From Phoronis australis (lineage: Eukaryota > Animalia > Phoronida), in the NCBI GenBank assembly GCA_002633005.1, contig NMRA01000057.1, positions 307,567 to 371,566 on the forward strand: a stretch of 64,000 nt of DNA, given 5' to 3'. Made by a program: the position numbers and the translations under genes. Numbering within the stretch: the stretch's first letter is position 1; the number at the start of each line of letters is the position of its first letter. The notes under the pieces are model-generated. The model was not told the DNA's origin, did no database searches, and worked only from the letters and a program-made list of their open reading frames with translations. Below, one piece after another: positions 42,401 to 64,000 of this stretch.

Positions 42401-45400
42401 ATAATTGAATAATTAATAAGGAAATTCCAACCTTATATTAAAATGCAGCCAAATGACGTGTCTTTGACTGAAAATAAAGCAACTGTCTTGTCAGGGAATC
42501 TTGAATCTTCAGTGTCTCAAAACAGACTAAATGGGCTGCTATTGTAGCTAAACGAGTGAAAGTTATATCTCCATGGAAGTGCCACAGGAGACACGAAAAA
42601 CAATGAGAGTTTAGTGCAGCTTTGTCAAATTATGCTGAAACTCAGAAAGAATTGACATGGAAAACAACTTACACTAATTAAAGCTGTAAAGATTTTTGCT
42701 CTGAAACTCACACAATTTTGTACACTAAAGAGATTTGAAATTGGGAACTGGTTGATACACACCAACATGTTTCTCTGTACATGTAATTCTCTGATGTGTG
42801 GAAGACCTTGGGCTCCTTCAAGGGTAGTCAGCTGAAATAAACATTAATTTCATTAATTTCTAATCACTAAATACCAAACGAGGAAATCATGAATGGGGAA
42901 GATATATTACACTATTCAAACAAAATGACCCAAAATTTCCTGTCATGACGGCTGGGGGAAGCAAAATTCATTGGGGGAGTCATCTCCCCTGATGACAGAG
43001 AATGATGGGTAATTAACAGGAAAGCAAGAAAGGTGGCAACTAAGTCATTCTACAAATTAAACTTTTGTCCCCACAATAGTTACTATAAGTCATTTTTGCT
43101 GTTAATAGATTTAACATCATGAAGGGAAACGGTATTTTGTCTGATTGCTTTTGTCTGTTACTGTAGGATTGGTTGCTACATACCTGGGAGTAATATACAT
43201 AATTGGTCCTAGCTACATACTTATAAACGTTGCCATTCACTGTGAATATAACTTGGAAAAATAACTGTATCCAAGTTGCCCGACTCAAACGGTCTCATCA
43301 GAAACTTGACCCGTTTCATGACACGTTGTACTGTTCCATCTGTCGTTAAGAGGCTGTTTATCAGAGAATCTGATCTAAAGTCCTATTGAGTGGGGTACAG
43401 ATTTGATAAAATATTGAGCATTTGAAGCAATCTCTTGAAAAGTGGAAAATGGAGCAATGTCACATTCGTCAAGTTTTCCAGTCCAAAACTGAAGAATATA
43501 AGTTGCGCTCCAATTTGATTACTGTGGTCACCTGACAATGCAATATATCAATACGAATCTGCATTACTTTTATTTCCATACCTGATTATTATTCAAGAAG
43601 AGAACTTTAAGATGCACCAAGGAGGGCATAGAACGAATGTCCCTGATATCGTTCATTCCAAGATTCAGTTCGACCAGCAGCTTATTGTTCCTCAGATCAG
43701 CAACAGATGGCAGCATGTTGTGTGATAAATTAAGATTTCGCAGCTGTCCAAGGTGTTCTAATCCACTCATGCTGAAAATAAAGAAACTTACTATGAGGGA
43801 GAGAACCTCCCTACTAGCAAAGATGAAATTAATGAGAAATGGGTGGGTGGATGGTATCCTCATGAATTATTGAGCCAAGGACAAACTCAAAAAAGTCTGG
43901 CAAAGGAGCATTTCCTTGTGGGCAGGGTGAAATGTATGAAGAAAGCAAGGAAGACAATTTCACTATGATTTATTTAGTCAGAGTCAAAGGCATAGTCGGA
44001 CAAAGGGGTTATATTGAAGGAGCACCTCTTTTCAGACAGAGATGACTCCTATGACTTTAAATGATCAAGCCAAAGACAAAAACATCGGACAAAAGTGTTG
44101 ATATTGCAAAATAAATAAATATTATAAATTTTAAGTAGGACCACAATCATGGATTAAGCACGCGTCTTAACATTTAAGTAGAAGCATGCATTTCACATGG
44201 CTTACATTACAGCCTCAGGCAAATCATGGAGAGTTACTCAAGAATGAACAGCTTAAATTAGCAAATAGTCACATTATTTATCTTAATCAGTGTTCAAATT
44301 TTTCAACAATCGGATAACTTCATAGTGACAAACACAAAGTTCACAGTACAAAATGATTATCGAATCTGTTCCCAATGCCCACTAACTAAAACAATGGACC
44401 TTTATCTCCACCTGCAGTGTTTGGATAAAAGAGGAGCCCAAGGAAATCAAAAGAAAATACCTGCTTCTTTATAGGCAACTTCTGCAGGTATCAACCAGCC
44501 AATGTTGACATTATTTCCCCTTGTTACAACGACAAATGTAACAGGTAAAAGAGATAAAAAAGAAAGGATAGTTCTGTTGAAGTCACAGTGGTTTACAATA
44601 CACCTAAATGGCAAGTGAGTGTTACTTTGATCTTTTAAACCCAAGATATCCGATGAAAAATTTCCTCATCTTGTCACTACGTAAAAAACAACACTGGCTC
44701 GTAAACGGTGAAACAACTGGGGGCTGACAAAAACTTTGAAGGGTGTGTAATTACAATAAATTTATTGCAGTAATGATCAAGGGATTCAAATCTTCTTGAT
44801 AAAAGTGACACAGACATGTTGACAACAAATTTAAAAGTAGAGGACTAGACTGACCACCCTAATGAGTTACCATGGTTATATTTCCAAATGTTTACTGGGG
44901 ATAGCCAAAGCAAAACTGTAAGCTGTAGTTCAGAAGTTAAGAAAACAAGTAAGCAAGCTGCAAGTCCTATGAGCTGTTGGAATACAAAGCTTAATTACCA
45001 CCATCAATATTTCATTTTACCTTTTAAGTCTATTTAGTGATGCATCCAACCATCTCAGGTTCCACAAGGGAGACAAACCCTCACCTAGTCTTGAGAGTTC
45101 ATTGAGAGACAAGTCCAATTTGAGTATCCTCGATGGTTGCTCTATGAGGGAAGCTGCTTTTGGAATGGGTTTACTAAAAATGGAAATCAGAATAATTGTG
45201 AAGCAAGCTGTTATAAATAGTTGAATAGGCACTGAAGATGTAAAGATCCTTTTCACTTACCAATGGGAACATAAGCATCTATCTTGGCTCATTAAATTTA
45301 TCAGAAAGAAAAATTTTTTGCAAGAAAACAGAATTTTTAATGACATAGTTTAGCACTAAGTGTAACATTTAGTTTTCTTACAAACATGAATTGTTATGAA

Positions 45401-45809
45401 TTTTGTGATAGATTAATGAATCAGCACTGTCCAACGTTCACTTAGTGGTCAGACTATAGCCATCCTGGATTACATGCAACGATTTTGAGAGATTCAGGCA
45501 AGGCCTAACCTAATGTTATTGGTTGACTGAATGGTCAGCTGGCAAACAAAATATTGATGAAAATTTAATTATAATCACTAACTGATTACACAAAGAGTCA
45601 GTAGCTCACATAGCCAATAATTTCAAACACATGCCCCCCCCCACACACCTTTCATCACCCCAACTAAACTCATATGTCAAACTGTTGATATGACACATCT
45701 TAAGATCCAGCACATAGTTGTTGGTCGCTGACACTTCCCAATCGCTTGGAACAACCGTCAGTGAGCTGAGACGGCGCTCAACAAAGTCAGAGCTAATGTG
45801 CGTTACCAT
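36496..45809 (-). CDS. Leucine-rich-repeat protein (SDS22-like LRRs, LRR cap, coiled-coil tail), 417 aa, 10 coding exons
   Basis: Exons 45809-45649, 45173-45021, 43771-43582, 42831-42763, 42085-41954, 41224-41120, 39975-39851, 39051-38880, 38374-38285, 36552-36496 (total 1254, all GT-AG, phases consistent). Repeats ILKLDLSLNEL, LRWLDASLNRL, LRNLNLSHNML, LVELNLGMNDI, LKVLFLNNNQL, IRELHVQRNML, LVVLNASENDI, LKSLSLHGNPI; cap ..YQSGLIRNTTVITLDN. An acceptor 3 nt before the ATG implies an upstream exon that I did not locate. Confidence 0.85.
40262..41875. repeat. Pair of diverged ~180-200 bp direct repeats (40262-40440 and 41674-41875) in adjacent LRR-gene introns
   Basis: Shared blocks in the same order: AGTTTTCAYACACCARAGTGTC, GCTATCACAG, ATCCCCAAACARAAGAAGCCAATCAT, GTAAGAARCATTC, AGTTGGGA. 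Confidence 0.75.
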
Positions 45810-46710
45810 GCTCTGTAAAAAGAAGTACAAAACAATTGCCCACAATCAAATAAAAAGCTAATAAACTTAGGTTTAAGTTGTGATTTATAAATCACAACTC
45901 AACCAGCAGTTTTGTGCAAATTAAAATGAACAAATGATCATCAGTGAGTCATCGTTTTGGTAATAGAAAAAAAACACTCAACTTATCTTTGAAGCGATGC
46001 CAGTGGTCCCGGAGACGGTTTTGATAGAAGGGCCGTCCGCACTGGAAACAAATGGAATGAGCAACCAGTGCCTGTAGCCGTGACTGAACTCGTTCAGTTT
46101 GTCAATCCAGTCAATCGACTCCAATTAGTTTGGAGCTAGTTCACTATGCCTTTACAGGTTGTTAAGATACTGAAACCTTTCAACCTACGATATCTAACAA
46201 TTTTAAGAAATATGAAAGACACCACGATAAAACGTCAGTCAAACTATGGTCAAAGAAACTTCTCAAACTCTTCAAACTTTGTTTACAATTCGGTCATACA
46301 GCGACCTCTCGCGAGAATGGTGAGAACTTATGAAATCAAGTGCACGACCCCGCGCTTTCAAATATGGCCGAGTGTTATTCATTCGCCTTCTCTCTTTAAC
46401 ATTGCTGTTAAACTTTCTTGAATTGTTCCGTATTTAGCAAACCTTTATCACAGCGACTGTTAAATTTGTGATCCTTGAACGGTAAGTTACATTTGTGTGC
46501 ACTTATGTTTGTTTACGCTTCAAACTGAATGCGTTATTTACATTTTCGTGTAAAAAGAAGTTTGTCACGGTTCCACGTGTTGAAATCGATATTCACCAAT
46601 TCTATAGCTTTTGCGTTGAAATTTATTGAAACATACAGCAGTTAATTCGTTTAAACGTAATTATAATTTTATCAATCATCAACTGATTTATTAATTGTAT
46701 TACAGAAATT

Positions 46711-63730
<17,020 letters not shown>

Positions 63731-64000
63731 GTGAGATGCAGGGGTTACTTCCTTGGGTGACATGAGATTGGGGATACCTGCGGAGGTTACATGTGGCTTG
63801 ATGAAGAATGTTCCGTAGACCTGGTTTCTTTAAAGATGGGCAAGATCTCACAAAATCACGCGAGTTAAAAGATAGCGTTTCTCGAGTATGCTCAGGAAGT
63901 TACAAGCCTATCCTAACAAAACGACGGCCACTAAAATGATTGATCGGTGAGGTTGTAGTGTTGAATCGTGAGTTTGTTAGATGCGATCTTTTGCTACAGG

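Overview
AT-rich, intron-rich animal genomic DNA, probably from a marine invertebrate (inference; the taxon cannot be fixed from sequence). I rebuilt five spliced protein genes by hand, each with GT-AG boundaries and continuous reading phase. They are PSMB2 (minus, 6 exons, 200 aa), FDX2 (plus, 6 exons, 193 aa), a UBE2U-like E2 enzyme (minus, 9 coding exons, 348 aa), an unnamed SDS22-type LRR/coiled-coil protein (minus, 10 coding exons, 417 aa) and the first 21 coding exons of CAD (plus, running off the window). PSMB2/FDX2 and LRR/CAD are head-to-head pairs. The first 11 kb is mostly decayed transposon sequence: Ulp1-like exon remnants, an LTR-retrotransposon gag/PBS remnant, and MITE and SINE fragments. 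The most striking non-genic feature is a DINE-1/HINE-type non-autonomous Helentron present twice (2.5-4.0 kb and 57.5-58.8 kb). Its internal 450-bp higher-order repeat carries a CTCF-consensus motif every ~150 bp. Also notable are a candidate three-way splice switch at the UBE2U start, a TCTCGCGAGA/E-box/double-CRE promoter at CAD, and a 112-bp palindrome with AATAAA on both strands between convergent genes. There is one assembly gap (58041-58565).
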